DNA from: Abditibacteriaceae bacterium
GTDB lineage: Bacteria; Armatimonadota; Abditibacteriia; Abditibacteriales; Abditibacteriaceae
Assembly (NCBI GenBank): GCA_031372065.1
Contig: JANMKN010000388.1
Coordinates: 1-64,000, forward strand
Direction of reading: 5' to 3'
DNA length: 64,000 nucleotides
In this document: one piece after another, positions 27,185 to 37,614 of the stretch
Layout: every line of letters begins with the position of its first letter
Numbering within the stretch: the first letter of the stretch is position 1
Made by a program: the position numbers and the translations under genes
The notes under the pieces: generated by a model
The model's input: the letters and a program-made list of their open reading frames with translations, nothing else
The model's database searches: none
What the model was told of the DNA's origin: nothing

Positions 27185-28030
27185 TTAGCGAATCAGCAAT
27201 TTGCCGTTGGCTGACAGGCGCAGGCTATCGGCGACCAAATGAGTGCAGGCAATTTTTCCGTTACCTGTGATTTGTAAATAAGCAGTCGGTAAATAGAGTG
27301 CGCCAGTCGCTTCCAAAGTGGCGTTGCCTTCGAGTTGCACACTTTTTTTATTCGTGCGCTCCTGCCAAAAAACGATGCCTTGCAAGGGGCCATTTGCTGG
27401 CGCGGAAAGGCGCAGCGTGCCCAAACCGTTCACCAAAAACTGACCTTGATTGACAAGGGTCACATTTTGCCCCTGCAAGCCGTTTTTACTGCCAATTTCG
27501 ACATAATTCTTGAAGACATAAAGCCCCGGCGCCAATTGCACCTGTGCCAGACCTCCGACGACAAGAGAATCGTAAATGCCGGGTTGTAGCGTGACCCGTT
27601 CGGTTTGTAGTTCTATATCGCCGAAATTCTTCAATCCCGCGAAATTGGGCAGGACAATGTTGGCCCAGGGGTCTGCAATGGTCGGCAATGGGGCCTGACC
27701 GGGAGTTATGGCTTTGCCCTCTTTTAGAACGCCTCCACCCAGTGCTTGAGCAATGCTTTTCGCATGAATAGCGCCCAAATCGCGTAAGCGTATCGCCGCA
27801 GGACTGACTGAGAACACATTAAGCGCGCCGTTTGGGATGGTTAATTCGCCACCCGCTTCAATCGAGACGGCAAAGGCCCGTTTTTCATTCAGTATGTAAG
27901 CAGCAGGTTCAATCAATTTGGGTGCATTAACCTGCGCCCAAATGCTGCTGGAAGTTGCCATCCAACAGCAGAAAAGCACTGCTAAAGAAACAGAAAACTT
28001 TAGGCCGGGTGTAATTCCACTTATGTTCAT
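27185..28030 (-). CDS. Exported beta-helix protein (TadG C-terminal-like), paralog 1
   Basis: Signal peptide; DPWA, LQPGIY, LAPGLY, GQNVTL, LSAPANGPLQGIVFWQ and GALYLP. Start uncertain (28030 versus 28072). Confidence 0.7.
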   Translation of the reverse strand: MNISGITPGLKFSVSLAVLFCCWMATSSSIWAQVNAPKLIEPAAYILNEKRAFAVSIEAGGELTIPNGALNVFSVSPAAIRLRDLGAIHAKSIAQALGGGVLKEGKAITPGQAPLPTIADPWANIVLPNFAGLKNFGDIELQTERVTLQPGIYDSLVVGGLAQVQLAPGLYVFKNYVEIGSKNGLQGQNVTLVNQGQFLVNGLGTLRLSAPANGPLQGIVFWQERTNKKSVQLEGNATLEATGALYLPTAYLQITGNGKIACTHLVADSLRLSANGKLLIR

Positions 28031-28306
28031 CAAAGCATAGCTCCCATTAAAACTAGGCCGACTCGTTGCCACAAATCAAATTTTATCATGGGATTTCGGC
28101 TTTATGAAGGTTGATGATATAAATTCAAGAATTTCGTGATTAAGCTAAATCTGCGAGAACACGGAAATGACAATGTTTAGATTTTGACGACTTTGGTTAT
28201 AATCATCAAAGGCCATTGATTTTGCAGTGTGCCTGACTTTTTGTTATGTGAGTGTGTATCGTCACTCACATCGGGCCATGCATAATGCATAAAAGGAGCG
28301 ATTTTC

Positions 28307-29248
28307 ATGGGTTTTAAGCTGGGTCAGACGACCCTCTCCGCACCACGCAAGGTGCAAGTCACATCTGTTCAGAAGTCTCACCGAGGCTTCACGCTCATCG
28401 AACTGCTTGTCGTCATAGCGATAATAGCGCTCCTCGCCGCGATTTTGTTTCCTGCGTTTGCTAATGCGCGCGAGCAAGCCCGTCGCTCTGCCTGCTTGAA
28501 CAATGAAAAGAACATTGGCACTGCTTTGCTGATGTATGCTCAGGACAACGACGAAGGTTTTCCTGCGTGGACAACAGCATTCATTTATCAAACATCGGCA
28601 TCTACGACTTGCTCTGATGCAGGAAACAGTTACGGCCACGGTCCACAGACTGCTGATACACCAACTGCTTACTGGGATGCCAAACTTCTGCCTTATGTTA
28701 AAAATGGTAACCGTCCCTCATCTGTGGCAGGTGGAATACCTGTATCCGGTGGTGTTTGGCAATGTCCTAACTCTGAAAGGCCCAGCACTATTCGCAGCTA
28801 CGGATTAAGTATGGGAGCTATGTATGACATGGACCCGACCCACTGCCGAAGCTATATGTATCCCATCGTCACCGAAATGGATTTTCCTGGTGAACTGATA
28901 TTCTTAGGTGACGGAGGAACGGCTGGGAGATTAGGCAGGCCACAAGACCAGCAGGGCTATTTTGAGAAGTATGTAACTCCGCCAGCGGCTGGAGGTTTCA
29001 CGCGTGATGCACCGTTTCGCCATCAAGATGGTGCAAATTATCTGTTTTGTGATGGTCATGCAAAGTATGTGAAAGCAGACCTTGTTTACCCCCATCCGAC
29101 TCCGCCCTCAACGGCGTATGCAACTGTGGCGCAAGCAGGGTATTGTTCGCGGGCAAAATACTTTTCCTTCAATCGAGCAATACGGGACTATCACTTTAGC
29201 CTGATGACTGCTGCTACTGCAGCAGCGTGCAAAGTTGCTTCTCGTTGA
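28307..29248 (+). CDS. Prepilin-type N-terminal cleavage/methylation protein, DUF1559/H-X9-DG family
   Basis: [40 protein letters not shown]...MYAQD; C-terminal [16 protein letters not shown]. Confidence 0.93.
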   Translation: MGFKLGQTTLSAPRKVQVTSVQKSHRGFTLIELLVVIAIIALLAAILFPAFANAREQARRSACLNNEKNIGTALLMYAQDNDEGFPAWTTAFIYQTSASTTCSDAGNSYGHGPQTADTPTAYWDAKLLPYVKNGNRPSSVAGGIPVSGGVWQCPNSERPSTIRSYGLSMGAMYDMDPTHCRSYMYPIVTEMDFPGELIFLGDGGTAGRLGRPQDQQGYFEKYVTPPAAGGFTRDAPFRHQDGANYLFCDGHAKYVKADLVYPHPTPPSTAYATVAQAGYCSRAKYFSFNRAIRDYHFSLMTAATAAACKVASR

Positions 29249-29283
29249 ATCGCAGTCAAGAGAGTGCAAGAATTGGTTCTTGT

Positions 29284-29324
29284 AAATAAAAAGCCCCCTC
29301 ATCATTTGAGGGGGCTTTTTATTT
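29284..29324. terminator. Bidirectional intrinsic terminator
   Basis: aaataaaaagccccctca / tgagggggctttttattt between convergent genes. Confidence 0.88.
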
Positions 29325-29587
29325 CAAGGTTTTTCTTGGTCTTTGGGAACATCACCGGGCGGAATTTTGTTGGTGCCGGGTGGTTCGGCAGCAGGCTGAT
29401 CCCCTGGGGGAAGAGGCTTGCCTGCCGAAGTCGTTGCACTGCTTCCATCACTCGGCGAGGCGGCACTGCTCGCGCCACCGGGTGGAACCGCCGCACTATC
29501 CTCATCCTTCGAGCCGCAGCCTCCTACCATGAACATAGCCATCAAGAGCAAAGCTATGCCTGCGAAAAACATTCTTGTTAATTTCAT
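29324..29587 (-). CDS. Small Pro/Gly/Ser-rich putative lipoprotein
   Basis: RBS AGAGGTG; MKLTRMFFAGIALLLMAMFMVGGC lipobox-like signal; disordered mature part. Confidence 0.75.
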   Translation of the reverse strand: MKLTRMFFAGIALLLMAMFMVGGCGSKDEDSAAVPPGGASSAASPSDGSSATTSAGKPLPPGDQPAAEPPGTNKIPPGDVPKDQEKP

Positions 29588-29718
29588 AACATCACCTCTA
29601 AACAAGTTATACAAATGCGAAAGCATAAAACAAACCCTCTATTGAATTATATTAGTCACTTTAACCGAATTGTTGGCAACATCGCTGTCAATTCTTCGAT
29701 TTTCGCCATACTCAGGAC

Positions 29719-30687
29719 ATGGCTTTTCCGATTCATCGCCCGCGCCGTTTGCGCGCCACGCCGACTTTGCGCCGCATGGTGCGCGAAACCACCTTGGAAC
29801 CTGCCGACCTTATCGCGCCGCTCTTTGTGCAGCTTGGACAAGGCGTGCGTGCGCCGATTGCTTCAATGCCGGGACAGTTTCGTTTTTCGCCTGATACGGC
29901 GGCGCAGGAAGCGCGCGAATTGTGGAATCTCGGCGTGCTTTCCGTCATTTTGTTCGGCATTCCCGACAGCAAAGATGAAATCGGCAGCGGCGCTTACGAT
30001 GCCAATGGGCCGGTGCCAGTCACCATTCAGGCGATCAAAGAGGCCGTGCCGGAAATGATCGTCATCGCCGACACTTGCGCTTGCGAATATACCAGTCACG
30101 GACATTGCGGCATTTTGCACGGACACGTTGTCGCTAATGATCCGACTTTAGAACTTTTGAGTAAAGCGGCGGTGTGTTATGCGCAAGCAGGCGCAGATAT
30201 TATTGCGCCGTCGGATATGATGGATGGTCGCGTCGGGGCGATACGCCGCGCTTTAGACGAAAATCAATTTTCTCATCTGCCGATTATGAGTTACGCCGCG
30301 AAATTTGCGGGCGCGTTTTATGGCCCGTTCCGCGATGCCGCTGATAGCGCGCCAAGTTTTGGTGACCGCCGCAGTTATCAAATGGACATCGCCAACAGGC
30401 GCGAAGCCTTGCGCGAAATGGCGCTTGATTACGAAGAAGGCGCCGATTTTTTGATGGTCAAACCGGCGCTTTTCTGCCTTGATATTTTGCGCGAGGCACG
30501 CGAACGCTTCGATGTGCCTTTGTGCGCTTACAACGTGAGCAGTGAGTATTCAATGATTAAAGCGGCTGGTCAGTTGGGATGGATTAGCGAAGCGCAACTC
30601 ATCGAAGAAACACTGGTTTCTATCAAACGCGCGGGCGCTGATTTGATCATCACTTATCACGCCAAAGAGTGGGCGATGGGCCAATGA
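29719..30687 (+). CDS. hemB: Porphobilinogen synthase (delta-aminolevulinate dehydratase)
   Basis: RPRRLR, Zn-binding [38 protein letters not shown] and MVKPAL. Confidence 0.97.
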   Translation: MAFPIHRPRRLRATPTLRRMVRETTLEPADLIAPLFVQLGQGVRAPIASMPGQFRFSPDTAAQEARELWNLGVLSVILFGIPDSKDEIGSGAYDANGPVPVTIQAIKEAVPEMIVIADTCACEYTSHGHCGILHGHVVANDPTLELLSKAAVCYAQAGADIIAPSDMMDGRVGAIRRALDENQFSHLPIMSYAAKFAGAFYGPFRDAADSAPSFGDRRSYQMDIANRREALREMALDYEEGADFLMVKPALFCLDILREARERFDVPLCAYNVSSEYSMIKAAGQLGWISEAQLIEETLVSIKRAGADLIITYHAKEWAMGQ

Positions 30688-30792
30688 TAATGGCGAGAAA
30701 TGAATTCATTCGCTCTTGGAATTTGTTTGAAAAGTCCAATTACCCTAAAAGGTAATGCGGGATAGGATAATTGTGACTTTCCAACCTGCCGC

Positions 30793-31065
30793 AGAAAACG
30801 TCATTTCCTGACTTGAAGATGCCATTCCTTGACGTGAAGATGCTATTTCTCCATCTGAAGATGGCATTTCGCGACCTGAAGATGGCATTTCGCGACCTGA
30901 AGATGCCATTTCGCGACCTGAAGATGCCATTTCCCGATCTGAAGATGGCATTTCTTCATCTGAAGATGCCATTCTGGTAATTGAAGATGGCATTCCTCAA
31001 TCTGAAGACGGTATCCGCTGGCGGCAAAAAGCCGTTTCAAGTCAGCGGATACCGTCTTCAGATTG
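30793..31065. repeat. 21-bp tandem repeat array B (about 11 units, 30793-31023) ending in a 23-bp perfect inverted repeat
   Basis: Consensus tgaagatg(g/c)catt plus a variable 8 nt; 30998-31020 pairs exactly with 31043-31065. Confidence 0.95.
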
Positions 31066-31089
31066 CTTTTTGGGTGGGATTGGAGGGGT

Positions 31090-31112
31090 AAAGTCGCTTT
31101 TAGCGACTTTTA
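31090..31112. terminator. Short hairpin terminator after the rhomboid gene
   Basis: aaagtcgct-ttt-agcgacttt, about 10 nt from the stop at 31122. Confidence 0.6.
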
Positions 31113-31121
31113 TGCTGTTTT

Positions 31122-32015
31122 TTAGCCGGGGGAATCTGATGCCCCAACATTGTTGTTCAGCTTTTGATATTCGCGGGTGGCTTCAAGGGCCAATTTTTCA
31201 TCGCCTATTTGCTGGTAACTGACAGCCAAATTGTGCCAGACCCATTCTTTATCGGTGCCTTGCGCCAATGTCTGTTTCAGCCAGTAAACAGCTTGTGGAT
31301 AATTTTTCGCATTCAAGGCTTTTTCTGCTTGCACGGCTGTCCACTCTGAAGAAAGCGGGCAGTAAAACAGCGGAACGAGCGAAGCGCCCAGCAAAAGCAG
31401 TGTGGCAAGCGTGCCAAGCCACGCATTTTTGCGGCGCGCATAAAACCAGCCCACGGCACAGCCAAAAATAAGACCACCGAAGTGTGCTTCGTTGCCGACG
31501 CTCAGGACATTGAATTTCGTTAGAAGAATGCACGCTACAAACCACACTAAGAACATATTGACCGTGCTTTCGTTGGCAATCGGCTTTGTGTTTGGCAGTT
31601 TTTCGCGCGCCACCCAAGCAAAACCAAAAAGCGCATAACCAACGCCCGAAAAACCGATTCCGGTATGGCCGCTTGCCAGTTGCGCCGCCGAACTGACCCA
31701 CGCCGCTGCCAAAACAAAAATTATCCAGCGCAGAGAGCCAATATCGCGCTCAATGTTGCCCCCTAAAATCCAACACCAATAAAGATTGAAGAAAATGTGC
31801 CAGATTTCAAAATGCACAAACGCCGAGGTAATCAGTGCCCACGGTTTACCTTGCCAAATCACCGAATCGGGATACAAGCCAAATTTAGCTGTTTCCACAT
31901 AAGGCGGATTTTGGCCCAGCGCTGTCAAGCCGATGAAAATAGCGATGCACGCGAAAATGACGCCTACGGTCATAGGCGGAATCTTTTCGCCGGATTCGCG
32001 GGAAGGTTCATACAT
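31122..32015 (-). CDS. Rhomboid intramembrane serine protease with C-terminal TPR
   Basis: HIFFN, catalytic GFSG and EAHFGG; C-terminal TPR-like WVWHNLAVSYQQIG. Start moved to ATG 32015 to avoid overlapping the divergent gene. Confidence 0.88.
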   Translation of the reverse strand: MYEPSRESGEKIPPMTVGVIFACIAIFIGLTALGQNPPYVETAKFGLYPDSVIWQGKPWALITSAFVHFEIWHIFFNLYWCWILGGNIERDIGSLRWIIFVLAAAWVSSAAQLASGHTGIGFSGVGYALFGFAWVAREKLPNTKPIANESTVNMFLVWFVACILLTKFNVLSVGNEAHFGGLIFGCAVGWFYARRKNAWLGTLATLLLLGASLVPLFYCPLSSEWTAVQAEKALNAKNYPQAVYWLKQTLAQGTDKEWVWHNLAVSYQQIGDEKLALEATREYQKLNNNVGASDSPG

Positions 32016-32124
32016 GAGATGAGTGTAGGCCTTGTAGACACCGGCGCGGCACAAAGCGATTTCGCAACGCTGCGCACTTCTCATCTGTCCAAAAAGGCGA
32101 AAAACTTCAGACAGTTTCCCCTTT

Positions 32125-33417
32125 ATGAACCCAGCAGACCACAAAACCAAGGCGCACCTTTCGCGGCGTCGCTTTTTGCAAGGTGCAGCGGCTTCGAGCG
32201 TGCTGTGGCCGACAATTTTGCGCCATCACACCGCGTTTGCTCAAGGTAACGAAAAGCCATCCAACCGCATCGTTATGGGCTGCATCGGCATCGGACGGCA
32301 AGGCGGCGGGCATTTAGGCGCTTTGGTTTCGCGCAAAGATGTGCAAGTTGTCGGTTTGTGTGATGTGGATTCCAAGCATCTCGCCGAGGCCAAAGAGCGC
32401 GTTGGAAAAGCGGGCGGGCCGGGCGTTTTTTCAACCGGCGACTTCAGGGAACTGGCCGCGCGACCCGATATTGACGCCGTGATGGTCGGCACGCCCGATC
32501 ACTGGCACGTCTTGGCCTCGTTAGCCTGCATTCGCAACGGTAAAGATGTTTACGTCGAAAAGCCGCTGACTTTAACCATCGCCGAAGGTCGCATTTTGAG
32601 CGACGACGTGGCGCGTTATAGCCGCATTTTGCAGGTCGGCAGCCAGCAACGCTCTTCATTTCAATATCGCCGCGCTTGCGAATTGGTGCGTAATGGCAGG
32701 CTCGGCAAAATTAAAACTGTGCGCCTCGGTTTGCCTGCGGGCCGCGCCATGAATCCGATTGCGCCGCAGCCTATTCCACCCGAATTGAACTACGATATGT
32801 GGCTCGGACAGGCGCCTTATGAACCGTATTTTGCAGACCGCGTGCATTATAATTTTCGCTGGATTTTCGATTATTCCGGCGGCCAAACCACCAATTTCGG
32901 CGCGCACGATTTGGATATTGTGCAGTGGGGGCTGAACCACGACGACAGCGGCCCGGTTGAAGTGCAAGGCAAAGGCGAATTTCCCGTAGACGGGCCGTAT
33001 AACACGCCACTCAAAGTGGATGTTCACGCCAAATATGCCGATGGCGTCGAAGTTTTTGTCGGCAGCGGCCCCAGCACCGTGCGCTTTGAAGGTGAAAACG
33101 GTTGGATTGGCGTCAATCGCGGCGGCTGGCAAACCGAACCGGCCAATCTGAAAACCAGCGCCATCAAGCCAAACGAAATTCATCTTTACGAAAGCCGCGA
33201 CCATTGGGACAATTTTCTCGACTGCGTGCGCACGCGCCAACAACCGATTTGCACGGCAGAAATCGGCCATCGCACCGCCACATTTTGCCACTTGGCAAAC
33301 ATCGCCATGCGCCTTGAACGCAAAGTGCAATGGAATCCGCAAACCGAACAAATAATTGGCGACGATGAAGCCGCCCGTTTGACGGCCCGCGCCATGCGTG
33401 CGCCGTGGAGCCTTTGA
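32125..33417 (+). CDS. Gfo/Idh/MocA oxidoreductase, Tat-exported
   Basis: SRRRFLQ Tat motif; GCIGIGRQG, TPDHWH, YVEKPL, QVGSQQRS and GAHDLD. Confidence 0.93.
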   Translation: MNPADHKTKAHLSRRRFLQGAAASSVLWPTILRHHTAFAQGNEKPSNRIVMGCIGIGRQGGGHLGALVSRKDVQVVGLCDVDSKHLAEAKERVGKAGGPGVFSTGDFRELAARPDIDAVMVGTPDHWHVLASLACIRNGKDVYVEKPLTLTIAEGRILSDDVARYSRILQVGSQQRSSFQYRRACELVRNGRLGKIKTVRLGLPAGRAMNPIAPQPIPPELNYDMWLGQAPYEPYFADRVHYNFRWIFDYSGGQTTNFGAHDLDIVQWGLNHDDSGPVEVQGKGEFPVDGPYNTPLKVDVHAKYADGVEVFVGSGPSTVRFEGENGWIGVNRGGWQTEPANLKTSAIKPNEIHLYESRDHWDNFLDCVRTRQQPICTAEIGHRTATFCHLANIAMRLERKVQWNPQTEQIIGDDEAARLTARAMRAPWSL

Positions 33418-33418
33418 C

Positions 33419-33450
33419 GAATGCGGAATTCGGAGTGTGGAATGCGGAAT
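33419..33450. repeat. 7-bp tandem repeat (gaatgcg type)
   Basis: gaatgcg-gaattcg-gagtgtg-gaatgcg-gaat; produces the spurious MRNSECGMRN leader in the ORF track. Confidence 0.75.
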
Positions 33451-35562
33451 ATGAACAAAATGAAAATAAAATTTCTATGGTTTGGCTTGTTATTGGTGCC
33501 GTTTTCGGCCTTGGCGCAACCGGCGAAAAATGATTTCGATGAAGACGCCGGCAAAGTAAAAGCCACAGCAGTTTTGACGATTGACCAAGCGTGGCAACGC
33601 TTGCCGAATTACAAATTTGGCGATAGTTTGGTGCCGCTGAAAACCATCGAAAAAGCGGTTGCGGCATCGCCCAAAACTGATGCCGAGCGCGCTGACTTAG
33701 CCGCCAAACTTGGCGCAATTTTGGATAATCCAAACGCGACCAAAGACGCCAGAAAATTCGTTTGTCGCCTATTGGCAATTATCGGCGATGACAAGCAAAT
33801 TCCGGCCTTAAGCGCGCTTCTGTTAGGTAACGACGAAGAACTCTCCTTCGCCGGACGCTATGCCTTGGAACGAATGCCAAGCGCCTCAGCGTTGCAAGCC
33901 TTGCGCGATGCGCTGACCAAAACCAAAGGCGCGACTTTGGCGGGTGTAATTGATTCTTTGGGTGTGCGGGGTGATTTTAATAGCATCGGCGCTATTGCAG
34001 CCGCGATGCGTGAAGCCGATGATTTAGTGATGCGTTCGGCTTTGAACGCGATTGGCGCCATCGGCGGGACGCAAAGTTTGGAGACTTTGGCGCAAGTTGG
34101 CTTTCCTCAAAATTCGCCGTTGGTCGCTGTCGCGCAAGCCTCGGCATTGCGCGTGGCTGATGGCTTGTTGAAAACCAGTCCAACGCAAGCCGCGCCGGTT
34201 TATAAAAATATCATGGCCGCGAATTCCAAAGGCGCAATTCATATTGCTGCGTGGCGTGGCGTCGTGAAAACTACAGGCGAACAAGCCGCGCCGATGGTTA
34301 TCGAAGCCTTAAAAAGTAACGATAAGAATTTGCAAACCGCAGCGATGGGCGTGATAAACGACCTGCCCAAAGGGGCATTTATCAGTGTGGCGAATGCGAT
34401 TGCAAATTTGCCGGAAGATTCGCAAATTCTCGTTTTCAATGCGATGACAAGTTACGATGTGCCTGCTGTGCGTTCGGCGGCGCTCGCGGTTTTGAATAGC
34501 AAAAACGAAAACGTGCGAATTGCGGCACTAAATGCTTTATCGATGTCAGGCGATGTTTCAACGATTGCCGCGCTAACCAAAGTAGCAGCGAATGGTTCGG
34601 CTCGCGAAAAACCTGTCGCGCAAAATACTTTAGAAAGGTTGCGCGGCGACACGATTGATGCGGCATTAATTCAACATCTCGAAAAAGCCTCGCCGAATGA
34701 ACGCGCGGTTTTGGCGAAGGCGTTGGGCAATCGGCACGCGCCGAATGCGACGGAGGTTTTGCTCAAAGCAGCGGGCGATGTCGAAGCCAATGTGCGCCTC
34801 GCGGCGTTGGAAGCACTTTCGCAAACCGCGCAGCCCAATGATGTGCCGACACTGCTCGAATTGCAAAGCAGAGCCTTAAACGCTGACAAACGCGAATTAT
34901 TAACACTCGAAAAAACAACCGTTGCAGCGGTGCAAAATGGCTCGGATACCGAAGCGGCGCTAAACAGTGTTTTAATCGCTCTCAAAGACGCCGCGCCGCT
35001 ACGCAAAGCCTCGCTACTTCGCATTGTGGGCGCCATTGGTGGCCCCAAAGCCAACGCAGCGCTGATGGAAGCGGCAAAAGACAACGACGAAACCATTCGC
35101 GATGCCGCGATTCGCACCTTGGCTGTTTCCAGCGATCAAAAAGTCGCGCCCGCGCTATTGGATTTAGCGCAAAATGCCATCAGCGCGACGCATAAAGTTT
35201 TGGCCTTTCGCGGCTATGTGCGCTTGGCCGACGACAAAAATCTGAAGAATTCAGAGCGCCTGAAAATGTATGGAGCGGCGTTGCCTGTCGCGCCGGCCAG
35301 CGAGAAAAAATTAGTTTTGGGCGGATTGGGTAACATCGGCAGCGCGGACGCGTTAAAATTAGTGGCGCCGTTTTTAGAAGATGCCGATATGCGCGAAGAA
35401 GCCGCCGCTGCGATTAACACCATCGCTGCAAAAATGCTGGCGGGCGCCGTTGCCGAAAAAGACAAAGAACCGTTGCGCGCCGCTTTGAAAAAAGTGCTGG
35501 AAATTTCCAAGAACGAGGCGCAACGCAAGCAGTCCGCAGACAATCTGCAAAAACTGGGATAA
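33451..35562 (+). CDS. Exported HEAT-repeat protein
   Basis: Signal peptide MKIKFLW...ALA; repeated VRIAALNAL, VRLAALEAL and IRDAAIRTL HEAT motifs. Confidence 0.85.
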   Translation: MNKMKIKFLWFGLLLVPFSALAQPAKNDFDEDAGKVKATAVLTIDQAWQRLPNYKFGDSLVPLKTIEKAVAASPKTDAERADLAAKLGAILDNPNATKDARKFVCRLLAIIGDDKQIPALSALLLGNDEELSFAGRYALERMPSASALQALRDALTKTKGATLAGVIDSLGVRGDFNSIGAIAAAMREADDLVMRSALNAIGAIGGTQSLETLAQVGFPQNSPLVAVAQASALRVADGLLKTSPTQAAPVYKNIMAANSKGAIHIAAWRGVVKTTGEQAAPMVIEALKSNDKNLQTAAMGVINDLPKGAFISVANAIANLPEDSQILVFNAMTSYDVPAVRSAALAVLNSKNENVRIAALNALSMSGDVSTIAALTKVAANGSAREKPVAQNTLERLRGDTIDAALIQHLEKASPNERAVLAKALGNRHAPNATEVLLKAAGDVEANVRLAALEALSQTAQPNDVPTLLELQSRALNADKRELLTLEKTTVAAVQNGSDTEAALNSVLIALKDAAPLRKASLLRIVGAIGGPKANAALMEAAKDNDETIRDAAIRTLAVSSDQKVAPALLDLAQNAISATHKVLAFRGYVRLADDKNLKNSERLKMYGAALPVAPASEKKLVLGGLGNIGSADALKLVAPFLEDADMREEAAAAINTIAAKMLAGAVAEKDKEPLRAALKKVLEISKNEAQRKQSADNLQKLG

Positions 35563-35582
35563 ATCCTTCGGGAAATCAAAAT

Positions 35583-37496
35583 ATGAACACCAAAACCTTC
35601 GTTATCAGCGGCGCCTTGCTCGCCGCGCTGTGGGGCATCGCACCGAAAGCTTCGTGCGCCGCCATCAAACCCGACGAACTCGCCAAAGTGCAGGCCGCGT
35701 TGCCTGAAAAGGCACCTGCTACACCCGCCGCGCCGCGCAAAGTGTTGATTTACACGCGCGCCAACGGCTTTGTGCATTCTTCGATTGAACTCGGCGCCGA
35801 AGCGATTCGTTTGCTGGGCGAGAAAACCGGTGCTTACACGGGAACCGTCACCGACGATCCCAAAGCGTTCGAGCCGGATAATCTCAAGCAATACGACGCT
35901 GTGGTTTTTGAATCCACAACAGGCGATGCGCTGCGGCCCGCCGGATTTAATAATTTGGAAGAAGCGGCCAAAAAAGAAGCCTTAGCCAACGAAGAACGCT
36001 ACAAAACAGCGCTGATGGACTTCGTCAAAGGCGGCAAAGGTTGGGTCGGCATTCACGCCGCAACCGATTGTTATTACGGTTGGGGTGATTACGGCAAAAT
36101 GACCGGCGGCTATTTCGACGGCCATCCGTGGCACGAAAAAGTCGGCGTGATGAATGAAGACCCGACTAATCCTGTAACAGCGGCGCTCGAAGGAAAAGAT
36201 TTTGAAATCACCGACGAGATTTATCAATACAAAGATTACGACCGCAAAAATCAGCGCGTTTTGTTGGGCTTAGATGTCACCAAAACCAACATGAAAAAAG
36301 GTGGCATCAAGCGCACCGATGGCGATTTTGCCGTAAGTTGGATCAAAAATGTCGGCGATGGACGCTTGTTTTACTGTTCGCTGGGGCATCGGGAGGAAAT
36401 TTATTGGAATCCCATGATGCTCAAATATTATTTGGCGGGCTTGCAGTTCGCTTTGGGCGATTTGAAAGCTGATACGGCCTCGTTGCCCTTGCCCGAAGTG
36501 GCACGCCAAAACTTGCGCGCTATGCTAATGGCGCCGGGCGACCCGGAAGATGTGAAAGACGACATCAATGGCATTTATAAAGGCACCTTTTTGCCGTCCA
36601 AGCAAGCCGCCGTCGCTCCGCAGCCCGCGCAAGTCAAAGTTGTGGCGTGGGCTAACAATGAATATCGCGCTGTCGTGGAAGTGCCAAATGGTGATAAGAC
36701 ACAACGCCTTGAAATTCCTTTGAAAAAGGAAGGCGACAAATTTGTCGTTAGCGGAAACGCGGGCGGCGCGGAATGGAAGGGTGGTTTGGACAACGGGAAA
36801 TTGACGCTTTCGGGCGGCGGCGAATTTGAAGCCACGCGCGAAGCCAAATCGTCGCCCACGCAAGGTTTGAAAGCGCCTGCCAACGCCATTGTTTTGCTTT
36901 CCAATGAGCCGGGCAAATATCCTTCGCTCGACGAATGGCGCGAAGGCACTTGGAAGCCGATTAGCGATGGTTCAATGCAGGTTAATGGCACCGGCGATCA
37001 GCACACCAAACGCGAATTTGGCGACATGATTTTGCATTTGGAATACAAACCGCCTATTAAAGCCGAAGCACGCGATCAAGAACGCGGCAACAGTGGCGTT
37101 TACTTCCAAGACCGCTATGAAATGCAAGTTCTTGATTCGTTCGGCTGGCCCGCTGCCGATAATCAGTCGGGCGGTATTTATCATGTGGCGGTGCCCAAAG
37201 TCAACGCCGCCTTGCCGCCAACCGAATGGCAAACCTACGATTTCGCTTTCCGTGCGCCGCGTTTTAACGCCGATGGCAGCGTGAAAATTCCCGCGACAGT
37301 CACGGCTTATTTGAATGGGGTTTTGATTCACGATAACGTCCAAATTCCCGGCCCAACGGGCGGCGGCGCAGCCGGCAATGTCGCCAAAGGCCCGATTCGC
37401 TTGCAAGATCATCACAATCCGGTGCGTTTTCGCAATATTTGGGTCGTCGAAAAGAATTTCGCTGATGGCGCGCCATTGCCCAGTCCGCTGAACTGA
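35583..37496 (+). CDS. ThuA-like domain plus DUF1080 (3-keto-disaccharide hydrolase family) fusion, exported
   Basis: Signal peptide; ThuA motifs GFVHSSI, GIHAATD, GGYFDGHPW, DEIY, FYCSLGH; DUF1080 motifs GNSGVY...YEMQVLDS, EWQTYD, LQDH.NPVRFRNIW. Confidence 0.9.
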   Translation: MNTKTFVISGALLAALWGIAPKASCAAIKPDELAKVQAALPEKAPATPAAPRKVLIYTRANGFVHSSIELGAEAIRLLGEKTGAYTGTVTDDPKAFEPDNLKQYDAVVFESTTGDALRPAGFNNLEEAAKKEALANEERYKTALMDFVKGGKGWVGIHAATDCYYGWGDYGKMTGGYFDGHPWHEKVGVMNEDPTNPVTAALEGKDFEITDEIYQYKDYDRKNQRVLLGLDVTKTNMKKGGIKRTDGDFAVSWIKNVGDGRLFYCSLGHREEIYWNPMMLKYYLAGLQFALGDLKADTASLPLPEVARQNLRAMLMAPGDPEDVKDDINGIYKGTFLPSKQAAVAPQPAQVKVVAWANNEYRAVVEVPNGDKTQRLEIPLKKEGDKFVVSGNAGGAEWKGGLDNGKLTLSGGGEFEATREAKSSPTQGLKAPANAIVLLSNEPGKYPSLDEWREGTWKPISDGSMQVNGTGDQHTKREFGDMILHLEYKPPIKAEARDQERGNSGVYFQDRYEMQVLDSFGWPAADNQSGGIYHVAVPKVNAALPPTEWQTYDFAFRAPRFNADGSVKIPATVTAYLNGVLIHDNVQIPGPTGGGAAGNVAKGPIRLQDHHNPVRFRNIWVVEKNFADGAPLPSPLN

Positions 37497-37614
37497 TTTT
37501 GGGCGCACGCAATACGCAACGCAGGGCGCCGCGATTTTGTCATACTACGCCCTACAACACCGATTGTCAGACTGATTATTTGCCGGAAATTCCGGCTTTT
37601 TAGAGGAGATTTTA

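Noticed and set aside
30745..31040. 82-aa and 65-aa minus-strand ORFs (MASSGRE / WHLQVAK repeats)
   Set aside because: They are translations of array B in different frames with no RBS, and are probably spurious.
33421..33450. MRNSECGMRN as the N-terminus of the HEAT protein
   Set aside because: It is the translation of a 7-bp repeat; the signal peptide starts at 33451 or 33460.
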